Source: a virus (taxonomy: Duplodnaviria; Caudoviricetes). From it: a stretch of DNA of 64,000 nucleotides. Where the stretch lies: IMG/VR virus record IMGVR_UViG_3300031857_000149, positions 792 through 64,791 of that record. One strand, written 5' to 3'. Below are positions 8,390 through 17,950 of the stretch, one piece after another (position 1 is the first letter of the stretch; the number at the start of each line of letters is the position of its first letter). A program made the translations under genes and the position numbers. The notes beneath the pieces were generated by a model. The model saw only the letters and a program-made list of their open reading frames with translations. It was not told the DNA's origin and did no database searches.

Positions 8390-10105
8390 TTATGATTCTA
8401 CTTTATACGAGAATCCTGCCTTCTTGTCAAAGCGTATGACACTTTCAAATCTGTCCTCAAGTCCGGTCTTATGAGAAATCACAAAGATATTAGCATCCTT
8501 AATGACATAACGAATAATCTTAAGAAACTCTTCGGTTCCAAATCCATCAAGAGAACTATCAAATACCTCATCCATAATCAGCAAGTTGGTATTCACCGAG
8601 TTCTTAAGTCTTGCAACTTCTCTCCAAGTAAAGAGAAGAGACAAATCAACTCTCATCTTCTCACCTTCACTAAAAGAACTATAAGAAAAGTTCTCGTGAA
8701 TTGGAGACTTGATACTTTCATTAAACTCTTCATCAAGATGGAAATTAATATAAAAATCCATCATCTGTAAATAACGATTCACCTGCTGATTGATGAAAGG
8801 AAGATACTTTTTGATAATCTTCGTTTTTACGCCATCATCCTTGAGTAGGGAATAGGCAAAATCATAATGAACGATTTCTTCTTTTTTATCTGAAAGGTCG
8901 TCAAATGTTTTTTGGAGATTCTCTCTAAATTCTTCTAGCTTCTCATGTTCAGTATTTCGGTTTTTAAGTTGTTCGGTAATAGTTTGAACTTCAGATTCAA
9001 GGTCTCGTATTTGTCTCTGACTGAGTGAAATCCGAGTATTGTTTTGAGAAATCTCATGGTTGAGTTTCGTAATCTCCTTCGATAGTGCTAGAAATTGACG
9101 CTCTCGTTCTTCTTCGAACTTCATAGTCTCCTCAAGTTCCTGAAAACCTTTCTGGAGTTCCTTTGCTTTATTTTGAGCGTCCGTAACTCTATTTAACCGA
9201 AACTCCTCCTCAATAGTTTGAGTGCAAGTAGGGCATACCGTATTTTCAGTAAAGAACTTGTGCTCTTTAGTAATCGTAGATACTTTCTGAGAGATCTTAC
9301 CCTTAAGATTGTTAAGTTTCCCTAACTTTTCAGCGGCACCAGTAACATCTTCCTGCTCCTTAATATATTTAAAAATGTCTTCCTCAGTCTTGGCATTCTC
9401 GTTCATGTAAATGCCAACTTCGCCCATCAAATTGGCAATCTTTTCTTGGTTGGCATTAATATTGGCATTTCCACGATTCTCAAGTTCCTCAATAAAACTC
9501 TTTTGCATTTCAACCTTATCCTTAAGGTTTTGCTTCTTCAATTCAAGAGATTTTATTTCGTCCTTTTGAACACGAATCTTTTCCTTGATAAGAGCATTCA
9601 TTGCGGAGAATATCCGAATGTCCAATAAGTCTTCAATCACCTCACGACGGTTGGCAGTCGTAAGTTGCATAAACGGCACAAAGGTACTAGAACCCAAAAT
9701 CACAATTTGAGTAAAAGACTTATAATTTACTTTTAGAATATTTTCTTCTAGAATCTTCTGATTCAATCGGTCATCAGATTCTTTATGAAGTTGCTTACCA
9801 TTTACTTCAATATCAAAAACATTTGGTTTGATTCCACGACGAACCAAATAATCCCGTCCATTAACAGAAAACTCAATCTCAACCAGACAATCCTTTTCGT
9901 TGGTCGTATTGACCAATTGCGGTTTATTGATTTTACGAAACGGTTTATTAAAGAGAACAAAAGTCAGGGCATCAAGAACAGTAGATTTACCTGCGCCATT
10001 TGTTCCAATAATTAGGTTTGTATGATTTTTTTGGAAATCAACTTCAGTCCAGTTATTACCGGTAGAAAGAAAGTTCTTCCATTTAATTGTCTTAAATACT
10101 ATCAT
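8390..10105 (-). CDS. gp46: recombination endonuclease ATPase subunit (T4 gp46, Rad50/SbcC-like)
   Basis: GTNGAGKS Walker A, CPTC zinc hook, FSEGE signature, MDEVFDSSLD. Confidence 0.97.
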   Translation of the reverse strand: MIVFKTIKWKNFLSTGNNWTEVDFQKNHTNLIIGTNGAGKSTVLDALTFVLFNKPFRKINKPQLVNTTNEKDCLVEIEFSVNGRDYLVRRGIKPNVFDIEVNGKQLHKESDDRLNQKILEENILKVNYKSFTQIVILGSSTFVPFMQLTTANRREVIEDLLDIRIFSAMNALIKEKIRVQKDEIKSLELKKQNLKDKVEMQKSFIEELENRGNANINANQEKIANLMGEVGIYMNENAKTEEDIFKYIKEQEDVTGAAEKLGKLNNLKGKISQKVSTITKEHKFFTENTVCPTCTQTIEEEFRLNRVTDAQNKAKELQKGFQELEETMKFEEERERQFLALSKEITKLNHEISQNNTRISLSQRQIRDLESEVQTITEQLKNRNTEHEKLEEFRENLQKTFDDLSDKKEEIVHYDFAYSLLKDDGVKTKIIKKYLPFINQQVNRYLQMMDFYINFHLDEEFNESIKSPIHENFSYSSFSEGEKMRVDLSLLFTWREVARLKNSVNTNLLIMDEVFDSSLDGFGTEEFLKIIRYVIKDANIFVISHKTGLEDRFESVIRFDKKAGFSYKVES

Positions 10106-10364
10106 TTTTGGGAGGAATCACAATATCGTCAGGAGTAATTACGGCATATTTGTAATTATAGTTCTTACAGGTCTTTATGGCAAGTTCATCATCAACTTCC
10201 ACAACTTCCATTTCTTTTTCATAGTCCTCATCATCCTCAAGCATCATAGCATAACGAGTTGCATCATCTTCATCTTCAAATAAAAATAAAACTTTTTCCC
10301 CATATCTGTCTTGGACAGCATATGCCCCGTCATCTTTTCTGTCCTTAAGTGTGAGAAGAAACAT
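10092..10364 (-). CDS. conserved hypothetical protein between gp47 and gp46
   Basis: Acidic 90-aa ORF translationally coupled to both neighbours. Confidence 0.8.
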   Translation of the reverse strand: MFLLTLKDRKDDGAYAVQDRYGEKVLFLFEDEDDATRYAMMLEDDEDYEKEMEVVEVDDELAIKTCKNYNYKYAVITPDDIVIPPKNDSI

Positions 10365-11402
10365 TTACTCTACTTCGCAAGCTTGTTTATAAAGGTCTTG
10401 AAATATACTCTTAATAACATTTTTATCATAATCAAATTCTGCCTCATCAATGTAGCGATTCAGAATTGAAATAGTATTTTCCTCTTCATCAACTGCAAAG
10501 TTTTCATTTTCCTGAATCTCAAAGTTTTCAACAATCTTCAGGTCCTGAATACCAACTTTATAGAGTTTGTCGATAAACTTCTCAAAATCTTTTTGTTTGG
10601 ACTTTTTACGGACAATCACCTTGATAATTTTATTAGAATACTCAGAGGCATCAAACAATTGATGTGGGGTATCATCATAATAAATGTTATAGAACAATTT
10701 ATAAGGATTGTTGATTGGAGTGTGTTCTAGAGTTTCAGTATCAAAGATATGAAATCCCCGAGTATCATTTACATCCGTCCAATACATTTCATAAGGATTA
10801 CCGAGATAGAACACAGTTCCATTATCAGAACGAGTGTGGTAATGACCAGAAAATACCTTTGTGAAGTTTGAAAAAAGATTCGCTTCCAGTCCATGTTCCT
10901 CCATTATAAGATGTTTATTGACACGGAAACCCTTGAGTTCAAGATGTCCCAGTGCAACCTTTGCCTTGGATTTCTTAACAACTTTTAGAGTTTCATCATA
11001 GTTCTCACTACAAATCCAAGGAATAAAAGTCATATCAATTCCACCAACCTTAGTATTCGTTGGGGAACTATAAGTTTTAATGTTTGGATAATCTTTGAGA
11101 AGAAGAGCAGGAGAATTTACATTATTGGTATTTTTGTAGTAACAATCGTGATTACCAACAATCATATGAACATCATATTGCTTGAGGGGTTCAAATACAA
11201 CTCTCTTTGCCCACTCTAAACTTTGATAATCAATTGACTTACGACTATCAAAGGCATCTCCCATATGAATGACTGTCTCTACCCCGTGCTCTTCAAGGGC
11301 AGGAAAAAATACATTCTTATAGAAGAGTTCAAAGTAATCGTGCAGATGCTTTGAACCCTTTTTGGCACCATAGTGAGTGTCGGTAAGAATTGCTACCTTC
11401 AT
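10365..11402 (-). CDS. gp47: recombination endonuclease subunit (T4 gp47, Mre11/SbcD-like)
   Basis: Metallophosphoesterase motifs DTH, GDAFD, GNHD, GH, SGHYH. Confidence 0.97.
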   Translation of the reverse strand: MKVAILTDTHYGAKKGSKHLHDYFELFYKNVFFPALEEHGVETVIHMGDAFDSRKSIDYQSLEWAKRVVFEPLKQYDVHMIVGNHDCYYKNTNNVNSPALLLKDYPNIKTYSSPTNTKVGGIDMTFIPWICSENYDETLKVVKKSKAKVALGHLELKGFRVNKHLIMEEHGLEANLFSNFTKVFSGHYHTRSDNGTVFYLGNPYEMYWTDVNDTRGFHIFDTETLEHTPINNPYKLFYNIYYDDTPHQLFDASEYSNKIIKVIVRKKSKQKDFEKFIDKLYKVGIQDLKIVENFEIQENENFAVDEEENTISILNRYIDEAEFDYDKNVIKSIFQDLYKQACEVE

Positions 11403-11878
11403 CGGTTTCCGTTTCTATATTGGATGTTGTCCTTCATCGTATTATAGTCGGAATTACTGCCAGAAAGCAACCCGTCATCAACTGTCATAACTTCATCAAA
11501 TCCAGTTCTTTCGATAATTTTGGTTTTAATATCTAACTGCTTTTTCTCTTTCTGAATTCTTCTCAAGAAAGCATAGTGAATGATTTGAGTGAAGTATGCA
11601 AAAGGATTTTGTGACTTCTCTGGATTAAAATTATGGATATACTGCACACAATTTTCTATTCCGTCAGAAATCATATCTTCACGAAACATATAATTGACAA
11701 AATTGGGTTTATATGAAAGGTGAGTAGCAATCTTTAAGAAACATTCTCCAAGATAATTACTAATACGTGGTTTTGGTAGTCCTTCTTCTTTTGCCTTGGC
11801 AACTTTCGTCCTATGAACGATAAGAGCTTCTAGTAGCTCTTTGTTATTAACATAATGTTCTGACTTTTTCTTTGGCAT
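11399..11878 (-). CDS. gp55: late-transcription sigma factor (T4 gp55-like)
   Basis: HYVNNKE, REDMISDGIENC, NPFAYFTQI..AF.RRI..EK; start trimmed to MPKKK. Confidence 0.95.
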   Translation of the reverse strand: MPKKKSEHYVNNKELLEALIVHRTKVAKAKEEGLPKPRISNYLGECFLKIATHLSYKPNFVNYMFREDMISDGIENCVQYIHNFNPEKSQNPFAYFTQIIHYAFLRRIQKEKKQLDIKTKIIERTGFDEVMTVDDGLLSGSNSDYNTMKDNIQYRNGNR

Positions 11879-11909
11879 AGCATTGTTTTTGTTCGTATAA
11901 GTTATGTTT

Positions 11910-11939
11910 ATTATACCACACAAAATAGGGGCTTGACAA
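11910..11939 (-). promoter_or_regulatory. sigma70-type promoter for gp55
   Basis: TTGTCA-18 nt-TATAAT with TG extension. Confidence 0.7.
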
Positions 11940-11961
11940 GTATCAAAAACATAAGTAGAAT
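11933..11961 (+). promoter_or_regulatory. sigma70-type promoter on the antisense strand
   Basis: TTGACA-17 nt-TAGAAT. Confidence 0.65.
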
Positions 11962-11987
11962 AGGTTTGTTCCCGTTAAAGATAAGAC

Positions 11988-12398
11988 TTAGCTTTCTTTA
12001 GAGTCTTTAAATAAATTTTCTAATATCTCCCTAGCTTTCTTAACTGAGGTTAAATATCCCATTTCGGATGAAACTCCAACCTGTCCGGATGGTTTATAGA
12101 CATCAATTGTATCATCATCCGAAGAAACATATTTTTTATATAATTCTATAATCATTGAATCTTTAGATTCTGTCATAGTAATTACTTTATCAAGTTTAAT
12201 AATATAGATATCATCGCTAGAAGTTTCTATCCAGGGTTTTATCTTTAAAAATGTTCCCGTTTGATTAGTAACCGACTTCATAATAACAGGATTTTGTAGG
12301 ATGATTATTGGTTCATCATCCCCTTCATCCACACTTATAAGGGAGAATACTTCTTCTCCAGATACTAGTTTTAGAGTGCAATAAAATTCTTCTCCCAT
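11988..12398 (-). CDS. conserved hypothetical protein (possible Sm-like fold) downstream of uvsW
   Basis: LKLVSGEE..., NPV..., KPW pattern; TGATG overlap with uvsW. Confidence 0.75.
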   Translation of the reverse strand: MGEEFYCTLKLVSGEEVFSLISVDEGDDEPIIILQNPVIMKSVTNQTGTFLKIKPWIETSSDDIYIIKLDKVITMTESKDSMIIELYKKYVSSDDDTIDVYKPSGQVGVSSEMGYLTSVKKAREILENLFKDSKES

Positions 12399-13861
12399 CA
12401 GTCTTTCATTGGTATGGTTACTATATCGTAATTGAAGTTTTCTTCATTATAGATTTTAATTCTTTCAATAAGGTGATTTAAAGTATAGTTTTTTCTAGAC
12501 TTGTAACTAATATCATCGGCAATATCATATAAAGTTGCCTTTACTTTATTTTCTCCTTTTCGTAAGACTCTTCCGATGGATTGGAGATTTCGTATCCTTG
12601 ATTTGCTAGGCGAAGCAAATATAACATTATGAAGATTTCTGATATTGACACCAGTAGAAAAAGTGCCGTAAGAAGCAACGATGATTGCATTATTTTCTCT
12701 TTCGGTAATTTCTCTAACTAATTCGCGTTCTTCGGTAGCGACTCCACCGTGAACAAAAAATACGTGCCTATTATCAGTTTTGTTATTATTTATGAGATCG
12801 TAAAGTGGTTGTCCGTGTCCTTCTACTCTGGCAAAAAGGACAAGAGTATTACCTTTTAAGTCAAGAGAAAGATTCTTTATAAAGTTATTTCTCTTCTGAT
12901 GATTAATAATATACTGAACTTCATCCTCAAAAGTTTCGAACCTGTTTGGAGGATGCTTAAGTAATAAAACTTTAATATCTAATTTTGCAAGATGCCCCTT
13001 TTGCATTAGTTCATCTGTCTTGATAATCTTATATGATGGACCAAATAAACCCTCAAGAACCCACTTATGAGTTTGGGATCCATCTAGTGTTCCGGTAAAT
13101 CCAAAACGGTACTTGGCATCACAAAGTTTAGTCATTATAGATATTAATGACTTGGATTTAAACTGGTGTGCCTCGTCTCCTACGACAACATTAAATCTGG
13201 AAAAGTACTGCTTGGGAAGTTTGTAGATAGACTGCCAAGTAGTAATAATGACTTGAGAATCAGTTTCTCTTTCTTTTCCCGCATAGATTTTGTGGCAGTA
13301 TGAACCAACATCCCATCCATAATCTGCAAAATCTTTATACATTTGTTCTACAAGGGAAGTCGTCGGAACAACTACGAGAATATTTTGCCGCTTCTCAACG
13401 TAGTATCTCACAAGAGAATATATCATTAATGACTTTCCAGAAGCAGTTGGAGATATCAATAACTTACGATTATGTCTTAAAGCGTCGTATACTCCCTCAA
13501 TTTGATAGTCGCGTGGAGGGTGCTTACTGATTGCCGTCATATAATCTTTTACACCTTCCTTTGATATCCCTTCATTTATCTCAAAAGGAAGTCCATAAAA
13601 TTTATTATTTTTGAACTCATAGGTATAATTATGAGTCTCACAAAATCTTATAATTCTATCTAAAAGACCAATATAAATTTCACCCGTTTGCGTAGAGAAC
13701 AGACGAATTTTTCCGTCCCAATACTTATTCCTATATGCCGGTGCAAACTTGGCATTGGGAACATCAAAAGTAAATTGGTCTGCTAGTTCATAATATACAT
13801 GAGGTTCTGCCTGAATATGGAGATAGACCTCATTTTTCTTTGATATAACCAAATGAGACAT
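12398..13861 (-). CDS. uvsW: SF2 RNA-DNA/DNA-DNA helicase UvsW
   Basis: PTASGKS, DEAH, TGT, QSIGRVLR motifs; WDGKIRL. Confidence 0.96.
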   Translation of the reverse strand: MSHLVISKKNEVYLHIQAEPHVYYELADQFTFDVPNAKFAPAYRNKYWDGKIRLFSTQTGEIYIGLLDRIIRFCETHNYTYEFKNNKFYGLPFEINEGISKEGVKDYMTAISKHPPRDYQIEGVYDALRHNRKLLISPTASGKSLMIYSLVRYYVEKRQNILVVVPTTSLVEQMYKDFADYGWDVGSYCHKIYAGKERETDSQVIITTWQSIYKLPKQYFSRFNVVVGDEAHQFKSKSLISIMTKLCDAKYRFGFTGTLDGSQTHKWVLEGLFGPSYKIIKTDELMQKGHLAKLDIKVLLLKHPPNRFETFEDEVQYIINHQKRNNFIKNLSLDLKGNTLVLFARVEGHGQPLYDLINNNKTDNRHVFFVHGGVATEERELVREITERENNAIIVASYGTFSTGVNIRNLHNVIFASPSKSRIRNLQSIGRVLRKGENKVKATLYDIADDISYKSRKNYTLNHLIERIKIYNEENFNYDIVTIPMKD

Positions 13862-13893
13862 TCATAAAGTATCAGTTATGAGTATTTATTTGT

Positions 13894-15399
13894 CTAATTT
13901 GGGAGACCTTGCGCCTGACCAGCAGCATCCATTCTTGCTCTTGTATCTGCTTTTTCAGCATCAGTTCTTTCCCTCTTTCTCCTTTTTTGTTCTGGAGTTT
14001 CTGGTTGAGTTTGTGGTTGTTGAGGTTGTGATGGTACTGTTGTAGGTTGCTGTGGTTTAGTATCAACGGGATCAGTTCTTTGTTGCTGTTGTACCTCAGG
14101 TTTTTGTTGTTGAGGTTGTGCTGATAATCTTTCTTTTGCTTGTGCCGCTTTTGCCTGGACATCAGCAAAAGTCATATTTGCCGTTTGTACTGCCTGATCT
14201 GCATTTGCCAATCTTGCATTTAGATTTGGATTATTAATTCTCTTTTGTGCCTGATGCTGCAAGTAAGTTCTAGTTCCATCAGAGTTTGTTTCTAATTCTT
14301 TTTGCGCAGATTTCTTTTCTGCTTCAGCGGCAGCAAGTGCTTGTTGTGCTTCTGCTGCTTGCTTTGAAAAATCGGAAAATGTAGATTGTCTGGAAATTGG
14401 TTCCTCTGGTCTATAATCAATTTTTAAATTTCCTGGACGAGATGTGCCTTTAGGTAATGCTAATCTTGGTTTTGAACTCTTCTGCTGTTCTGATGGTTTG
14501 GCAGTTGCTTCTTTATCTTTATTTTTTCCTGTTAGAACAATTCCTGCTGTTCCTGCATCACTTTTAAATTTTCCTTTACCTGAGGTTGCAACTTGAGATA
14601 ATAGTCTTTCAAATTGTGGATACTTGTCAAGAAGTCTATCTGATATTCCTTGAGAAACGTTTTTTAAACTTTGCTTTTGTTTATCAACATCTGGTGCTTC
14701 TCCTGCTGTTTTTTGTAAACGTCCTATTGCCGAAAGACGTTCGGCATCATTCATAATTTCTTTTTCAATTTTATTTCTTTCTTCTTTAGATTTATCACTG
14801 TGAAATTTTTTGATAAATTCTTTGGTAGCAATCTTATACATTCCTTTCAATTCACCACCTTCTGCTGATGCTAACTGGGCACCAGCACCCTTTTTCATAC
14901 TAATTCCTCTTCTATCCTTAGGATTATCCGGATTATATATTTCCAAATCTCCCTTAGGTGTTTTATCAGTTCCACCTGCATCTTTAAATTTTTTAGATAA
15001 TTCTGCTGCACCACTTCCAGTAACTCTGGAAGGAAATCCCTTTTCGATAGCACTTCTTAGTTTTTTTTGTTTGCTGAGTGCTAGTAAACCGCTCACAGAA
15101 TCATCTAAAAAATTATTATAGTCTTGTTCATCATTAGGTTGTCGTCCTTCTTTTTTGGAAAACTCTTCATCTCCGGCATTTGCAAAATTTAGTGGATGTT
15201 CTGAATTTGTTTTTGCTGCCGCTACCTGCTTTTTTATTTCTTCTTCAGCTCCTTTAAGATCGTTATTTAATATTAAATCTCTTATCTTGCTATTATCTGG
15301 ATTTGCAATAAAATAATTCCAAAGTTTACTTTGAGAATTTTCATCGTGAGTTTTATTTAACTTTTCACAAATTAATACAAATTGCACAAAAGTCTTCAT
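13894..15399 (-). CDS. hypothetical late protein with capsid-targeting-like leader, PD-(D/E)XK-like motif and Q/P-rich tail
   Basis: MKTFVQFVLICE leader; TPKGD...GISMKK; CTAAATA upstream at 15420-15426. Confidence 0.7.
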   Translation of the reverse strand: MKTFVQFVLICEKLNKTHDENSQSKLWNYFIANPDNSKIRDLILNNDLKGAEEEIKKQVAAAKTNSEHPLNFANAGDEEFSKKEGRQPNDEQDYNNFLDDSVSGLLALSKQKKLRSAIEKGFPSRVTGSGAAELSKKFKDAGGTDKTPKGDLEIYNPDNPKDRRGISMKKGAGAQLASAEGGELKGMYKIATKEFIKKFHSDKSKEERNKIEKEIMNDAERLSAIGRLQKTAGEAPDVDKQKQSLKNVSQGISDRLLDKYPQFERLLSQVATSGKGKFKSDAGTAGIVLTGKNKDKEATAKPSEQQKSSKPRLALPKGTSRPGNLKIDYRPEEPISRQSTFSDFSKQAAEAQQALAAAEAEKKSAQKELETNSDGTRTYLQHQAQKRINNPNLNARLANADQAVQTANMTFADVQAKAAQAKERLSAQPQQQKPEVQQQQRTDPVDTKPQQPTTVPSQPQQPQTQPETPEQKRRKRERTDAEKADTRARMDAAGQAQGLPN

Positions 15400-15422
15400 T
15401 TCTACCGACAGTTTATTTTTAT

Positions 15423-15854
15423 TTAGTTATACCCTGCCGTGAACTTATGCCACTCGATACTATTCTTGATTTGATAAGTTCTATTAGAAATCATTTTAAG
15501 AACTTCTTCTAGAAACTTAAGCATAATATCATAATATCTAATCTTTAAATCTACTTTACAGAGTCTCTCATCGGCATCCATATACCTCTGTATGGCGTCC
15601 TTTTCTCTTACCTTATACGGAAATGGTTCTTCAGCATACACCTCTGCTGTTGCCTTTCCTGTGTAGTAGTTGTAGCGTTCCAAACGCACTCTATTGTAAG
15701 TTTCTCTTGCCTTTTCACGGAGAAGAGTGATGGTATTGTACAGAGTATAATACTTAGAATGCAACTGGGGTATTTTTAGTGATTCATCGTGTAAGTTATC
15801 GGGATCTATAACAGAATCTCTCTGCCACATTTCCTGGATTTCATCAAGATTCAT
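15423..15854 (-). CDS. uvsY: recombination mediator UvsY
   Basis: W..DS.ID, ESLKIPQLHSKY, I.NR.YQIKN.IEW.KF; syntenic between gp3 and uvsW. Confidence 0.92.
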   Translation of the reverse strand: MNLDEIQEMWQRDSVIDPDNLHDESLKIPQLHSKYYTLYNTITLLREKARETYNRVRLERYNYYTGKATAEVYAEEPFPYKVREKDAIQRYMDADERLCKVDLKIRYYDIMLKFLEEVLKMISNRTYQIKNSIEWHKFTAGYN

Positions 15855-16393
15855 AGGGGATTGTTGTTTTTATCTAGGATATTATAGACAGTATACTTGA
15901 AACTTGCCTCTGCTGTAAAGAAATTGTAGTCGGTATCTCCAGCCTCAAATTCTAATGATGACAATGCATATGGAAACAAATCCTTAAACTTAATTAGTGC
16001 AACATCACGATAGTTACTATTCAAGATTCTTAGAGTTCCATCACTAAATGCTTTTTTAGGATCTTGTCCGTCTGGTGTTGCCACAAGATTTCTATACTGT
16101 TCAGTTGTCTCCGGATATCCTAATCCAGTAATCCAATTATGAATAGCAACATAGTTTTCCATATCCTCATCAACAAGAAATTTTAAAGTCAAATCACCAT
16201 AAACGATCTTATCTCCAGGAACATCCAAATCTTTCAAATACGTTGGTTGATTCGCAATTCCTAAAGTAATTTCTGGAATTCTAGCAGAATTACAAAAGAA
16301 AACTACCTTTGGTTCTTTAGCTAAGGTAAATTTAAATCCTATTGGTGATAAGTAATTTCTATTTTGAATTTGCTTATCAAAAACTGAAGTCAT
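15851..16393 (-). CDS. gp3: tail tube terminator / tail completion protein (T4 gp3-like)
   Basis: N.LSP.GF.F, PGD...GDL...FLVDE...NY..I..W motifs; follows gp23. Confidence 0.88.
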   Translation of the reverse strand: MTSVFDKQIQNRNYLSPIGFKFTLAKEPKVVFFCNSARIPEITLGIANQPTYLKDLDVPGDKIVYGDLTLKFLVDEDMENYVAIHNWITGLGYPETTEQYRNLVATPDGQDPKKAFSDGTLRILNSNYRDVALIKFKDLFPYALSSLEFEAGDTDYNFFTAEASFKYTVYNILDKNNNPL

Positions 16394-16415
16394 GGCATTT
16401 TATTTTTATTTAGAT

Positions 16416-16440
16416 AAAAAAAAGGGGTCCGAAGACCCCT
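16416..16440 (-). terminator. intrinsic terminator with C(UUCG)G tetraloop after gp23
   Basis: AGGGGTC-TTCG-GACCCCT followed by a T-run. Confidence 0.92.
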
Positions 16441-16462
16441 TAGTGAAATATGTGAATTTAAC

Positions 16463-17902
16463 TCACATAAGGTTAGCAACTTGTACTCTTCTGTAGTAAC
16501 GGTTGCTGTTAACCTTGAGGCGTCCGAGACCCTGGTTGGTGGCATCGCCTTCTGCGAATGGGTTTGCAACCAAACCATAACGAGTCTTAAACCCGATTTT
16601 TGGCTGGAAGCTATTCTCACCAACCGCACGAACCATCTGAAGAGGAACGTATGGGCAGTAGAATAGACCTGCATCATAAGGAGAAGAACCCTTATAACCA
16701 ACAACGTAGTACTGACCGCCACCAGCTCCGGGGTTAGAACCACCCGAATATGGGTCGATGTATACGCGGTACTTACCTTGAAGAATACCAGCAAAAGTAT
16801 TGCCGCTATCATCAACCTGAAGGTTTGCGTTGAGTGCAGGGGTGTAATCAAGAACGCCTGCCATGGTGAGTGCCGAAGCAACGTCAGCCGAGCAGAGGAT
16901 CATGTTGCCCTTTCCTCTACGAGTTTCAGTTGCGATTGCGTTTGCATCGCGCTCGATTTGGAAGATAAGTCCTTTGAACTTCTCAACCGACCAACGACCG
17001 TTGGAGTCAACGTCGAGGTCAAACTTACCAGCAGTTGCAACGTTGTGCTGCGCACCTGACTTAGCAGTCTTGTAGATGGTTCTGATAACTTCGCGGTTGA
17101 TTTCAGCAAGAATCTCGGTTGAGAGAATGTTTGCTAATTCCGCTTCAGCATTCAGACCGTGGATTGCCTTGAGGTCTTGTGCGAGCTCTAGTGAGTACTC
17201 AGCCTTGAGTGCTCTTGACTTTGCGGTAACAGTGACTTTCTCGATTGAGAATGCCATTTGGTTGAACTGATCTCCACCAGTTGCACCAAGTGCTTCCGAG
17301 TCATCAGTTCTCATACCTTGCCCAGTAGTATATGCTGCCTGGGTGGTGTTTGAATCTGGGCTTAGGAGACCTGGATTTGTACCTGCCTGACGTGCAGTGG
17401 TTCCAAGACCAACTGAAGCACCATCAGAACCATCAACATAAAGACCGGATTCGTTATCAAATCCACTGTCTTGACCGGACCATGAAGAATCAACTTCATT
17501 GAAGAACGCTTCAGTTCCTGACTGTGAACCGTAACGTGAACGCATTGCGAAGATCAGTCCAGTAGGACCATTCATTGGCTGAACGCCAGCGAGATCATAA
17601 GCAACTAGGTTAGGCATTGAACGTCTAATCAATGAGATTAGAACGGGATCAAAACCGGCAACAGGACCAGCGCCATTAGCGCCACCTGAGAAACCAGCAC
17701 CGTAACCACCGGCACCAGTTTGGGTATTCATATTTGGAGTTTCATAGAGGAACTCACGCTCTTCACGTAGTTCTCTCTCTTGGTTCTCTAGCAGGATAGC
17801 GGTTACCGATCTACGATGTGAATCTCTGATTGGATCGAGACCTTGATAGTCAAGGATTGGTGCCCACTTCTCCTGCAATTGTTCTGCATTGAACATTTGC
17901 AT
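16463..17902 (-). CDS. gp23: major capsid protein (T4 gp23-like)
   Basis: GVQPMNGPTGLIFAMRSRY, KSRALKAEYSLELAQDLKAIHG, FQPKIGFKTRYG. Confidence 0.99.
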   Translation of the reverse strand: MQMFNAEQLQEKWAPILDYQGLDPIRDSHRRSVTAILLENQERELREEREFLYETPNMNTQTGAGGYGAGFSGGANGAGPVAGFDPVLISLIRRSMPNLVAYDLAGVQPMNGPTGLIFAMRSRYGSQSGTEAFFNEVDSSWSGQDSGFDNESGLYVDGSDGASVGLGTTARQAGTNPGLLSPDSNTTQAAYTTGQGMRTDDSEALGATGGDQFNQMAFSIEKVTVTAKSRALKAEYSLELAQDLKAIHGLNAEAELANILSTEILAEINREVIRTIYKTAKSGAQHNVATAGKFDLDVDSNGRWSVEKFKGLIFQIERDANAIATETRRGKGNMILCSADVASALTMAGVLDYTPALNANLQVDDSGNTFAGILQGKYRVYIDPYSGGSNPGAGGGQYYVVGYKGSSPYDAGLFYCPYVPLQMVRAVGENSFQPKIGFKTRYGLVANPFAEGDATNQGLGRLKVNSNRYYRRVQVANLM

Positions 17903-17950
17903 TTGTTTTACCTCGTTAAAAAGTTAGTTTGATTCTTTATACTCTAAAAA

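Noticed and set aside
16390-16881. 163-aa alternate-frame ORF overlapping gp23 (also 630..1118, 13872..14168, 60566..60826)
   Set aside because: Out-of-frame by-products of codon bias; no SD or motif, and the gp23 one crosses the terminator
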